Positions 18,654 through 27,297 of a stretch of DNA of 64,000 nt are shown here, piece by piece. The notes beneath the pieces are model-generated. The model made no database searches and was not told the DNA's origin. It worked only from the letters and a program-made list of their open reading frames with translations. The translations under genes and the position numbers were made by a program. The DNA is from Bacteroidota bacterium. GTDB lineage: Bacteria; Bacteroidota; Bacteroidia; Flavobacteriales; Flavobacteriaceae. Positions within the stretch are counted from its first letter, which is position 1. Every line of letters begins with the position of its first letter. Location of the stretch: contig JBNJHC010000008.1 in the NCBI GenBank assembly GCA_051748125.1, positions 43,975-107,974 on the forward strand, read 5' to 3'.

Positions 18654-20021
18654 ATGAATAAAAAAACATTAGAGCATATCATCAATACTGGTGAAACAAC
18701 AACTGTTGAGTTTAAAACAAACTTTAACAATGAAGTTGTTGAAACATTAGTAGCATTTGCAAATGCGCAAGGCGGTAAGGTGTTGATTGGGATATCAAAT
18801 GACAAAAATGTTGTTGGGGTTTCATTACAAGAAGAATCTGTTCAAAACTGGATAAATGAGATTAAACAAAAAACAGCGCCAAGCCTTATACCTGATGCAG
18901 ATGTTTTGGAAATAGCGTTTAAAAAAGTATTGGTTTTTACCATAAAAGAATACCCTATTAAACCTGTTTCATTTAGAGGGAGATATTACAAACGTATGGC
19001 AAACGCTAATCATTTATTAAGTGTAGAAGAAGTTGTTAATATGCACTTGCAAACTATCAATTCTAGCTGGGATTACCACACCAATAATTACTCTAAAATA
19101 GATGATATTTCTTTTGAAAAAGTACAATCAGCCATCGAAGTTATAAACAAAAATGGAACAATCATAAATGAAGATCCTATTAATTTTTTGTTTAAGAAAG
19201 ATCTTATAAAAAATGAAAAACTCACCAATGCAGCTTTTTTACTTTTTACAAAAAAGGATACAGTTATCACTACTGTAGAACTGGGACGTTTTCAAACCTC
19301 CATCATTATAAAAGATAACGACCGCTCACAAACAGACTTGATTGCTCAAGTCAATCAAATTATCGGTTTTGTAGAGAAACATATCAATAAAGCTATTATT
19401 ATTACGGGCAAAGCACAGCATACCCAAGAGTGGCAGTACCCTATGGAAGCCATAAGAGAAATAGTTTTGAATATGGTAGTGCACAGGGATTATCGAGATA
19501 CAGCAGATTCTATTGTCAAAATTTTTGACGACTATATAGAGTTTTTTAACCCTGGTAGGTTGCCCGAAAACATAAGCGAAAAAGATTTAATAGAAAACAC
19601 TTATACATCGACGCCTCGAAATAAGTTAATTGCCGATATATTTAGAAGTATGGGGCTTATAGAAAAATATGGTTCTGGTATAAGGCGTATTATTAATTAT
19701 TGTACTGAAGCGGGATTACCAAAGCCTACTTTTCAAAACCAAGGGAATGGTTTTTTAGTAAGGGTATATGGAAAAAAGGCAGAAAATGTCGTAGAAAATG
19801 TCGTAGAAAATGTCGCAGAAAATGTCGCAGAAAATGAAAAAAAGATATTAAGGCTTATAGATAATAATTCTAAATATTCTGCTAAGCAAATGTCAAAACT
19901 ACTTGGTCTTACACAAAGAACTGTGCAAAGATACCTCAAGGAACTGCAAACTAAAAATATAATAGAAAGAATCGGTCCCGCTAAAGGTGGTTATTGGCAT
20001 ATTAACAAAAATAATGACTAA
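18654..20021 (+). CDS. AlbA_2 (Schlafen-like) DNA-binding plus HATPase_c_4-type ATP-binding protein with a C-terminal wHTH
   Basis: N-terminus GETTTVEFKTNFNNEVVETLVAFANAQGGKVLIG is the AlbA_2/divergent-AAA signature. The C-terminal ..LGLTQRTVQRYLKELQ is HTH-like. Confidence 0.75.
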   Translation: MNKKTLEHIINTGETTTVEFKTNFNNEVVETLVAFANAQGGKVLIGISNDKNVVGVSLQEESVQNWINEIKQKTAPSLIPDADVLEIAFKKVLVFTIKEYPIKPVSFRGRYYKRMANANHLLSVEEVVNMHLQTINSSWDYHTNNYSKIDDISFEKVQSAIEVINKNGTIINEDPINFLFKKDLIKNEKLTNAAFLLFTKKDTVITTVELGRFQTSIIIKDNDRSQTDLIAQVNQIIGFVEKHINKAIIITGKAQHTQEWQYPMEAIREIVLNMVVHRDYRDTADSIVKIFDDYIEFFNPGRLPENISEKDLIENTYTSTPRNKLIADIFRSMGLIEKYGSGIRRIINYCTEAGLPKPTFQNQGNGFLVRVYGKKAENVVENVVENVAENVAENEKKILRLIDNNSKYSAKQMSKLLGLTQRTVQRYLKELQTKNIIERIGPAKGGYWHINKNND

Positions 20022-20050
20022 CCGTATAAACAAATTAAAACACTTAGAAA

Positions 20051-20332
20051 GTTGTGATGTTCGCCTCGCTTCGCTTGCTCACTGTTGTGGGGTCGCTGAC
20101 GCTCCTGTTGTGTTGCGCCTTTCGGCGCGTTGTGGGGTTGCTGTCGCAACTGTTTAGGCGATAGATTTGAATTCAAAATACGATTTTAGGTACAGAGCAT
20201 AACAAATAACAACAGCGAGCTTTGCGAGCACCACAACAGCAGATAAGCGTAGCGATATCTGCCCCACAACAGAAACCAAAGGTTTCCCCACAACAGGGAG
20301 GGAGCGCAAGCAACCCGACCACCACAACAATA
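20051..20332. repeat. Family X GC-rich palindromic element, copy 3
   Basis: Same word/spacer architecture and centre as copies 1-2. Ends 14 bp before the wzm ATG. Confidence 0.9.
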
Positions 20333-20345
20333 AGATAACACACAA

Positions 20346-21209
20346 ATGAATAAATCACAATCCAAGGACTGGCTTTACGAAATCAATTCAGAAAAAAGCT
20401 TATTCGATTTTAATTTTAAGGAAATATGGCGGTACAAAGACCTCTTGTTTCTCTTTGTAAAACGCGATATTGTTACGGTTTATAAACAGACTGTTTTAGG
20501 ACCGCTTTGGTTTTTGATTCAACCGTTATTTACTTCGGTTATTTTTACACTTGTGTTTAATAATGTAGCCAGTATTCAGACAGGTACGGTTCCTAATTTT
20601 TTGTTCAACTTAGCGGGAATTACCGCTTGGACGTACTTTAAAGAATGCCTAACTGGAACTTCCAATACCTTTACAAAAAATGCGGGAATCTTTGGTAAAG
20701 TCTATTTTCCGAGAGTAATTATGCCAATGTCGATTACCGTCTCTAACCTGTTGAAACTCGGTATTCAACTGAGTATTTTTACGGGTTTTTATATCTTTTA
20801 TGTCGCTACAGGAAGTAGCGCTTCACCTAATTTTCATTTAGTGCTTTTTCCTGTTTATGTGTTTATGATGGGAATGACAGGTTTAGGACTGGGAATGATT
20901 CTTTCAGCTATGACCACTAAATACCGCGATTTAACAGTACTTATTGGTTTTGGTGTGCAGTTATTGATGTATATATCAGCAGTACCTTTTCCGATGAGTG
21001 AAATTTTAGAACGCAAACCCGAATTTTTCTGGGTGTTTAAATACAATCCGTTAGCTCAAATTATAGAAGGATTTCGTTACATGACACTAGATACTGGCTT
21101 ATTTACATGGGGCGGATTTTTCTATGCGCTGGTATTTTCTATCGTCGTATTTTTTATCGGATTAGGAATTTTTAATCGAACAGAGAAGAGTTTTGTGGAT
21201 ACGGTTTAG
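20346..21209 (+). CDS. wzm: ABC-2 type polysaccharide/O-antigen exporter permease
   Basis: 287 aa, six hydrophobic segments, and the typical N-terminus (LFLFVKRDIVTVYKQTVLGPLWFLIQPL). Confidence 0.85.
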   Translation: MNKSQSKDWLYEINSEKSLFDFNFKEIWRYKDLLFLFVKRDIVTVYKQTVLGPLWFLIQPLFTSVIFTLVFNNVASIQTGTVPNFLFNLAGITAWTYFKECLTGTSNTFTKNAGIFGKVYFPRVIMPMSITVSNLLKLGIQLSIFTGFYIFYVATGSSASPNFHLVLFPVYVFMMGMTGLGLGMILSAMTTKYRDLTVLIGFGVQLLMYISAVPFPMSEILERKPEFFWVFKYNPLAQIIEGFRYMTLDTGLFTWGGFFYALVFSIVVFFIGLGIFNRTEKSFVDTV

Positions 21210-21210
21210 C

Positions 21211-21690
21211 GTAATGGAGGAATGGTGTAATGGAAGAATGGAGGAATAGAGGAATAGTGTAATGGAGGAATGGTATAATAGAGGAATAGTGTAATGGGGG
21301 AATAGTGTAATGGAAGAATGGTGTAATGGAAAAATGGTATAATAGAGGAATGGTGTAATGGGAGAATGGTGTAATAGAGGAATAGTGTAATGGGAGAATG
21401 GTGTAATGGAAGAATAGTGTAATGGAAGAATAGTGTAATGGAGGAATGGTATAATAGAGGAATAGTGTAATGGGAGAATGGTGTAATGGAAGAATAGTGT
21501 AATGGGAGAATAGTGTAATGGGAGAATAGTGTAATGGAAAAATGGTGTAATAGAGGAATGGTGTAATGGGAGAATAGTGTAATGGAGGAATGGTATAATA
21601 GAGGAATGGTGTAATGGGAGAATGGTGTAAAGGAAGAATAGAGTAGTAGTGTAATGGAATAATGGAGTAATTGAAGAATGGTAGTCAAGT
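21211..21690. repeat. Degenerate 8-bp (16-bp super-unit) tandem array, GAATGGTG/TAATGGAA type
   Basis: About 60 consecutive 8-bp units, pattern NAATRGNR, read directly. The reverse complement (CCATTACA/CCATTCTT) is related to the right-hand array. Confidence 0.95.
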
Positions 21691-21772
21691 AGTAGTTTAA
21701 TAGAAAGTTAGTGTATTAAATGTGTAGAAAAAACAAAAATAAACTTAATTGTATTAAGTATAATTTTATCTT

Positions 21773-21938
21773 ACCACTATACCACTATACCACTATACCA
21801 CTATACCACTATACCACTATACCACTATACCACTATACCACTATACCACTATACCACTATACCACTATACCACTACACCACTACACCACTATACCACTAT
21901 ACCACTACACCACTACACCACTACACCACTACACCACT
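21773..21938. repeat. 8-bp tandem array CCACTATA / CCACTACA (about 21 units)
   Basis: Near-perfect period-8 repeat. Ends 18 bp before the wzt ATG. Confidence 0.95.
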
Positions 21939-21956
21939 AATAACTGAAATAAACAA

Positions 21957-23228
21957 ATGAACAACATCATACTAAAAGCCGAAAACATCTCCAAACAATA
22001 CCGACTTGGCTTGGTAGGGACGGGGACGTTGAGTCACGATTTAAATCGTTGGTGGCATCAAATACGGGGGAAAGAAGACCCTTATTTAAAAATTGGTGCG
22101 GAGAACGACCGCAGTAAAAAAGCGGAAACCGATTACGTCTGGGCATTGCGGGATATTAACTTTGATGTCTATGATGGCGATGTACTGGGTATTATTGGAA
22201 AAAATGGCGCGGGTAAATCTACCTTGCTCAAAATTTTATCGCGGGTAACTACGCCGACTACAGGAAGCATTAAAACCAAAGGACGTATTGCTTCTTTACT
22301 AGAAGTAGGTACGGGCTTTCATCCTGAATTAACGGGTCGAGAAAATATTTACCTCAATGGCGCTATTTTGGGGATGACCAAAAGTGAAATTAAAGCCAAG
22401 GAAGAAGAAATAATAGATTTCTCAGGTTGTGCCATGTATATTGATACGCCCGTAAAACGCTATTCCTCAGGAATGCGGGTGCGATTAGCTTTTGCCGTTG
22501 CTGCCCATTTAGAACCCGATATTTTGGTGGTAGATGAAGTCCTAGCCGTAGGTGATGCCGAATTCCAAAAGAAAGCCATTGGCAAAATGAAAGATATTTC
22601 AGGTAACGATGGCAGAACGGTTTTGTTTGTGAGCCATAACATGGCAGCGGTGAAAAGCTTGTGTACACGAGGGATTGTGTTGGAGAATGGAACTTCTGTT
22701 TTTGAAGGGACAGCAGAGGAGTGTGTAAGTTATTATTTGAAAGATGGAAAATCTGAAGCTAATAATGAAAGAGTATTTAAAAATGTAGAAAAGAATGATG
22801 TTTTTAAGCTAAATTCAATTTCGGTTTCAAATGCAGGGAGAAGTTTTGGAGAGCCGATTGTAGAAGACGAGGAAGTTCATTTAAAAACTTCTGTTTACAT
22901 AGAAAAAGAACCAGAGCGCTATCATATTACTTATCATTTATATAACGAACTAGGAGAAGCTATGTTTAGTCTGTCTAACAGAAGGGCAGATGTAAATCTA
23001 GTTAATGGTGTAAATCATCTTGTCTGTAAATTTCCAAAAGGGTTTTTACAGCCAGGTAATTTTTCATTAAAATTTCTACTTGTGAAAGATAGAAAAAAAG
23101 CTATTTACATAGAAGACTCTATTGTTAGTTTTACAGTAGTAAATGCCGGTAGAGAACTTGGGGTTTATATGGGGAAAGAACCTGGTTTTATTATACCTAA
23201 TTTAGAATGGAAACAAGACAATAAATGA
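21957..23228 (+). CDS. wzt: Polysaccharide ABC exporter ATP-binding protein with a C-terminal extension
   Basis: Walker A GKNGAGKST, signature YSSGMRVRLAFA, Walker B ILVVDE. An extra C-terminal domain of about 170 aa, as in Wzt proteins with a glycan-terminus-binding module. Confidence 0.9.
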   Translation: MNNIILKAENISKQYRLGLVGTGTLSHDLNRWWHQIRGKEDPYLKIGAENDRSKKAETDYVWALRDINFDVYDGDVLGIIGKNGAGKSTLLKILSRVTTPTTGSIKTKGRIASLLEVGTGFHPELTGRENIYLNGAILGMTKSEIKAKEEEIIDFSGCAMYIDTPVKRYSSGMRVRLAFAVAAHLEPDILVVDEVLAVGDAEFQKKAIGKMKDISGNDGRTVLFVSHNMAAVKSLCTRGIVLENGTSVFEGTAEECVSYYLKDGKSEANNERVFKNVEKNDVFKLNSISVSNAGRSFGEPIVEDEEVHLKTSVYIEKEPERYHITYHLYNELGEAMFSLSNRRADVNLVNGVNHLVCKFPKGFLQPGNFSLKFLLVKDRKKAIYIEDSIVSFTVVNAGRELGVYMGKEPGFIIPNLEWKQDNK

Positions 23229-24301
23229 TCAACGTCACCAAGACATTTTTTCCGCCCATAAAAGATTACCAAAAGCAAGTGCAACGCATTTGGGATAACC
23301 AGTGGTTGACCAATAATGGGGAGTTGTATAAAGAGCTGTCACAAAAGTTAAAAGACCATTTAGGGGTAAACCATATCATCCCGATGACCAATGGTACGTT
23401 GCCAATTCAAATCGCGTTAAACGCCTATGGAAATGAAGGCGAAATTATTACCACGCCTTTTTCTTATGTGGCAACCACAGCAGCTATTGTTTGGGAAAAA
23501 TGCACCCCAGTTTTTGTGGATATTCATCCCGAATACTTAACGATAGATGAAACCAAAATAGAAGCCGCTATTACCGATAAAACAACGGCAATTCTAGCCA
23601 CGCACGTTTATGGAAATCCGTGTGAGGTAGAAGAAATAGCACAAATAGCAAAAAAGCACGATTTAAAAGTTATTTACGATGCAGCACATTGTTTTGATGT
23701 AGCGTATAAAGGACAATCCGTTTTTAATTACGGAGATGTAAGCACCTGTAGCTTTCACGCCACCAAATTATTTCATACTGGAGAAGGTGGAGCGCTATTT
23801 TGCCAAGACGAAACTACCAAACAAGAACTATGGTTCCGACATAATTTTGGTCATAAAGGACCAGAAAAATACCACGGCTTAGGTATTAATGCCAAAATGA
23901 GTGAATTGCAAGCGGCAATGGGCTTAAGCGTTTTACCGTATATGAAAGAAATCATTGCTGAACGTAAACGTGTATGCGACTATTACGATGCACATCTTGA
24001 TTTTAGTCAATTGAGTAAATTAAAATTAAGAGAACACACTGAATGGAATTACAGTTATTACCCAGTAATTTTTAAAACAGAAAAAGAGCTTTTAAAAGTA
24101 AAAGCAAGATTAGAACACGAAAACATCAACCCAAGGCGTTATTTTTACCCGAGTTTGGAAGAACTGCCTTATATGCAATCATCCAATTGTTCAATAGCTC
24201 AAGATATGGCTAAACGGGTGTTATGTTTGCCTGTTTACGATAGTTTAGATGGCGAAAGTTTAAAAACTATTCTAAACATAATCAACTTAAATATTATATG
24301 A
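23225..24301 (+). CDS. DegT/DnrJ/EryC1/StrS-family sugar aminotransferase
   Basis: 358 aa, WecE/FdtB-like N-terminus (..WLTNNGELYKELSQKLKDHLG..) and the PLP-lysine region SFHATKLFHTGEGG. Confidence 0.85.
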   Translation: MINVTKTFFPPIKDYQKQVQRIWDNQWLTNNGELYKELSQKLKDHLGVNHIIPMTNGTLPIQIALNAYGNEGEIITTPFSYVATTAAIVWEKCTPVFVDIHPEYLTIDETKIEAAITDKTTAILATHVYGNPCEVEEIAQIAKKHDLKVIYDAAHCFDVAYKGQSVFNYGDVSTCSFHATKLFHTGEGGALFCQDETTKQELWFRHNFGHKGPEKYHGLGINAKMSELQAAMGLSVLPYMKEIIAERKRVCDYYDAHLDFSQLSKLKLREHTEWNYSYYPVIFKTEKELLKVKARLEHENINPRRYFYPSLEELPYMQSSNCSIAQDMAKRVLCLPVYDSLDGESLKTILNIINLNII

Positions 24302-26307
24302 AAAACAGCTATAGAATAGCCATAAGTTGTATAGGTAGTGGAGTAGGTCAATCTGTTATAAATTCACTAAAAAATGCAAATCTTTCTTTCTTTACATTAG
24401 GTTTAGGTACAAACCCTTATGCCTTTGGAGCTTATGAATGTGATGCTTATGATTATACAAAATCAATTTATGAAGAAGGTTTTATAGATGAATTGATTGA
24501 AAAATGTAAAGCTTACAAGATTGATTTAGTAGTGCCAGGTTTAGATGATGAAGCTTTACTCTATGCTCAAAACCTTGATAAGTTTAAGGCGGCGGGGATA
24601 AAAACGATTGTCTCTGATGCAGCATTGATTGAATTGTGTCGTGACAAGGAAAAAATGAGTGAAGTGCTCAATCCTATTGTTGATATTTTTGTAAAAAGTT
24701 ATAAAAAAGAAACCCTTAAAGAAGATATTAAGAATGGTAAAGTAGATTTTCCATTTATAGCAAAACCGCGAGGAGGGTTTGCCTCACGAGGTATTGAAAT
24801 TATTCGTGATGAGAACGATTTGCAGAATATAAAAGATTACCATATTGTCCAAGAACTTGCAGTTCCCTTAAAAACGGATCCGTATTTCGAATATTTTCAA
24901 AAACAAATACAGAAAAACAGTAATCCCCAAGTTGCTGAAATATCTATTCAGTTAGTTTACGGTGAAAATCAAAATTTGATAGGAAAAATGGCTTCTTACA
25001 ATAAGCTTCATAACGGGATTCCTATTGAAATTTTACCGTATGATCATCCTGAAATGTGGAAGGTAATAGATCAACTTTCTATTGAATTATTAAAACTAGG
25101 ATTACGAGGGCCTATCAATATTCAAGGACGTATGACTGAAAAAGGTTTAAAGTTATTTGAAATGAATCCAAGATTTACGGGAATAACTGGATTACGTTCT
25201 TTAATGGGGTTTAATGAAGTAGAAGCTTGTGTAAAAGAGTTTTTAGAAATTGACAAAGGGCAAAACCAAATTCGTTTTAACGAACTAAAATTTGGGATGA
25301 GACAAACGGCGGATAAAGCTGTACTGATTGAAAATAACAATAAAATTTCAGAACAATTTAGTCAGTTGCACCCTAATCAAAAAAAGGCGATAAAACCAGT
25401 ACTTTTAGTTACGGGAGCTAGTGGCTTCTTAGGGAAAGAATTAATCAAAAGTTTAAAAAAAGAAAATAAATTTGAAGTCTGGCTACTTGGCAGAAATAAA
25501 CAAAAACTCAAAGACGTTTTTGATAAAACATTTATTTGTTTTGATTATGACGATTTCCAGAATGACCGCATTCACCTAGGTTATGTCGACACCTTAGTTC
25601 ATTTAGGCTTTGCCAGACCACATAAAAGCAACCTAGAAATAGCACAAAGTGTAGCCTTAAGCAATCAATTATTTACAAAAACGAGCTTGCATCACATTCC
25701 ATACATTATTAACATTTCATCACAAAGCGTTTATGGTAATTCATCTAAGCAGCCTTGGACAGAAAGTTCACCAATAAATCCACAAACTACTTACGCGCAA
25801 GCTAAGTTTGCCGTAGAAACTTTTCTCGAAAACATGAACCAAGTTAATTTACATGGAAAATATACGTCTTTAAGGTTATCTACATTAGTAGGTACAGATA
25901 AACAGAATATAGATTTCGTATCTAAAATGATTGAATCTGTTCATAAGAATCAGCCATTACAAGTTTATGGTGGAAATCAAGTTTTACAAAGAATGGACGT
26001 GAAAGATACAGCTGAAGCAATATATCAAGTAATTCTTCAACGTAAATCTATCAATAGAAAAGCCTATAATTTAGGAGCTGTTGAAAAACCAAGTGTGTTA
26101 GAATTAGCAAAACTAATTAAAGATGGATTTGAAAGAATTAATTTCAAAAATCAAATAGAAATTGAACAAGTTCGAACTGATAAAACATATCCAAGCATCG
26201 TAATGGATTCAAATTTATTTTATAAAACATTTGACTGGAAACCAGTTACACCAATAGAGGATAGCATAAAGGGAATGATTGAGAAATCTATTAATAACTA
26301 TCTATGA
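24298..26307 (+). CDS. ATP-grasp domain fused to an NAD-dependent epimerase/dehydratase (SDR) domain
   Basis: N-terminal half has ATP-grasp features (FIAKPRGGFASRGIEII, NPRFTGITG). C-terminal half starts with VLLVTGASGFLGKELI and has a YAQAK catalytic motif. Confidence 0.7.
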   Translation: MKNSYRIAISCIGSGVGQSVINSLKNANLSFFTLGLGTNPYAFGAYECDAYDYTKSIYEEGFIDELIEKCKAYKIDLVVPGLDDEALLYAQNLDKFKAAGIKTIVSDAALIELCRDKEKMSEVLNPIVDIFVKSYKKETLKEDIKNGKVDFPFIAKPRGGFASRGIEIIRDENDLQNIKDYHIVQELAVPLKTDPYFEYFQKQIQKNSNPQVAEISIQLVYGENQNLIGKMASYNKLHNGIPIEILPYDHPEMWKVIDQLSIELLKLGLRGPINIQGRMTEKGLKLFEMNPRFTGITGLRSLMGFNEVEACVKEFLEIDKGQNQIRFNELKFGMRQTADKAVLIENNNKISEQFSQLHPNQKKAIKPVLLVTGASGFLGKELIKSLKKENKFEVWLLGRNKQKLKDVFDKTFICFDYDDFQNDRIHLGYVDTLVHLGFARPHKSNLEIAQSVALSNQLFTKTSLHHIPYIINISSQSVYGNSSKQPWTESSPINPQTTYAQAKFAVETFLENMNQVNLHGKYTSLRLSTLVGTDKQNIDFVSKMIESVHKNQPLQVYGGNQVLQRMDVKDTAEAIYQVILQRKSINRKAYNLGAVEKPSVLELAKLIKDGFERINFKNQIEIEQVRTDKTYPSIVMDSNLFYKTFDWKPVTPIEDSIKGMIEKSINNYL

Positions 26308-27296
26308 GTTACGAAAAAAACAACACCCTAGAAGCTGCTTTAAAACAAATCAACTCATTATTAAAACCAGTTGAATTAGAAGAAGCTTCAAAAATTAGTC
26401 AACCAAAATATCCCAATTTATTTTTAATTGGAGGACCGCGTTGTGGAAGTACACTTTTTACGCAGTGGGCAGCCGATTCGAATATCTTTTCGTATCCTTC
26501 TAATTTCTTATCACGTATGTATGAAGCTCCCTATATAGGGGCGTTAATATACAATATCGTTACAAAAACGGAGTATCAGTATCGCGATGAGTTTGCAGAC
26601 GTTAATGCAGATTTTAAATTAAATTCATCTATCGGAAAAACCAAGGGATTTAAAGCACCACACGAGTTTTGGTATTTTTGGAGACGTTTTATGAAATTCC
26701 CTGAAGTACCGTTTTCAGAGAAAGAGTTTGAAGAACAATTTGATTTTGAAACGTTTCAAAAAGAATTAGCTCTAATCCAAAAAGCATTTGATGATAAACC
26801 ATTTTTATTTAAAGCTAAAATAGCCAATTGGTATTTAAAGCCACTCCATAAGAATATTGACAAAGCAATTTATTTGCATTTACATAGAGAACCTGTGGCT
26901 ATGACTCGATCCTTGCTCAAAGCAAGAGAAAAATGGGTGGGTAGCCGAGAAAAATGGTTTTCGTGGAAACCGAGAGAATATGATATGATAAAAGATATGG
27001 ATGTTTACCATCAAGTGGCAGGGCAGATTTACTTCTTAGAAAAAGAGATTTTAAAACAAAAGGAATGCTTAGGCGACAGATATATATCATTTAGCTATGA
27101 AGAGTTTTGTGAGAATCCAGAAAAAATATACCAAGAAATTACAGCTAAAATTAAACACTTTTCTCCAGAATTTACAATTCCTAAATATCAAGGTGAGTCA
27201 AAATTTACACCTTCCAATCCAATTTCAGAAGAGGATAAATTTATAAAACAAGCCTTTAATTATTTTGAAACTAAATATGGTAAATTAGAATACTAA
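26304..27296 (+). CDS. Putative sulfotransferase
   Basis: 5'-PSB-like loop LIGGPRCGSTLF and 3'-PB-like HREPVAMTRS. Otherwise unrecognised. Confidence 0.6.
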   Translation: MSYEKNNTLEAALKQINSLLKPVELEEASKISQPKYPNLFLIGGPRCGSTLFTQWAADSNIFSYPSNFLSRMYEAPYIGALIYNIVTKTEYQYRDEFADVNADFKLNSSIGKTKGFKAPHEFWYFWRRFMKFPEVPFSEKEFEEQFDFETFQKELALIQKAFDDKPFLFKAKIANWYLKPLHKNIDKAIYLHLHREPVAMTRSLLKAREKWVGSREKWFSWKPREYDMIKDMDVYHQVAGQIYFLEKEILKQKECLGDRYISFSYEEFCENPEKIYQEITAKIKHFSPEFTIPKYQGESKFTPSNPISEEDKFIKQAFNYFETKYGKLEY

Positions 27297-27297
27297 A

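Noticed and set aside
17429-20332. Family X word/spacer arrays as a CRISPR array
   Set aside because: Repeats are only 9-11 bp and spacers 13-23 bp. The spacers are conserved between the three copies, the arrays are inverted around a centre, and no cas genes are in the window.
20154-20358. ORFs 20154-20345 and 20173-20358 (Cys/Val-rich) upstream of wzm
   Set aside because: They lie entirely within family X copy 3 on the opposite strand, and their composition is driven by the GTTGTGG/CCACAAC words.
21206-21947. ORFs 21206-21688 (minus, HYSSITLFSHYTIPLL repeats) and 21720-21947 (plus, PLYHYTTI repeats) as repeat-containing proteins
   Set aside because: Both are simply translations of the 8-bp tandem arrays. 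Any frame of a 24-bp super-period stays open. There are no flanking non-repeat domains or signal sequences, and the minus ORF runs antisense into the wzm stop.
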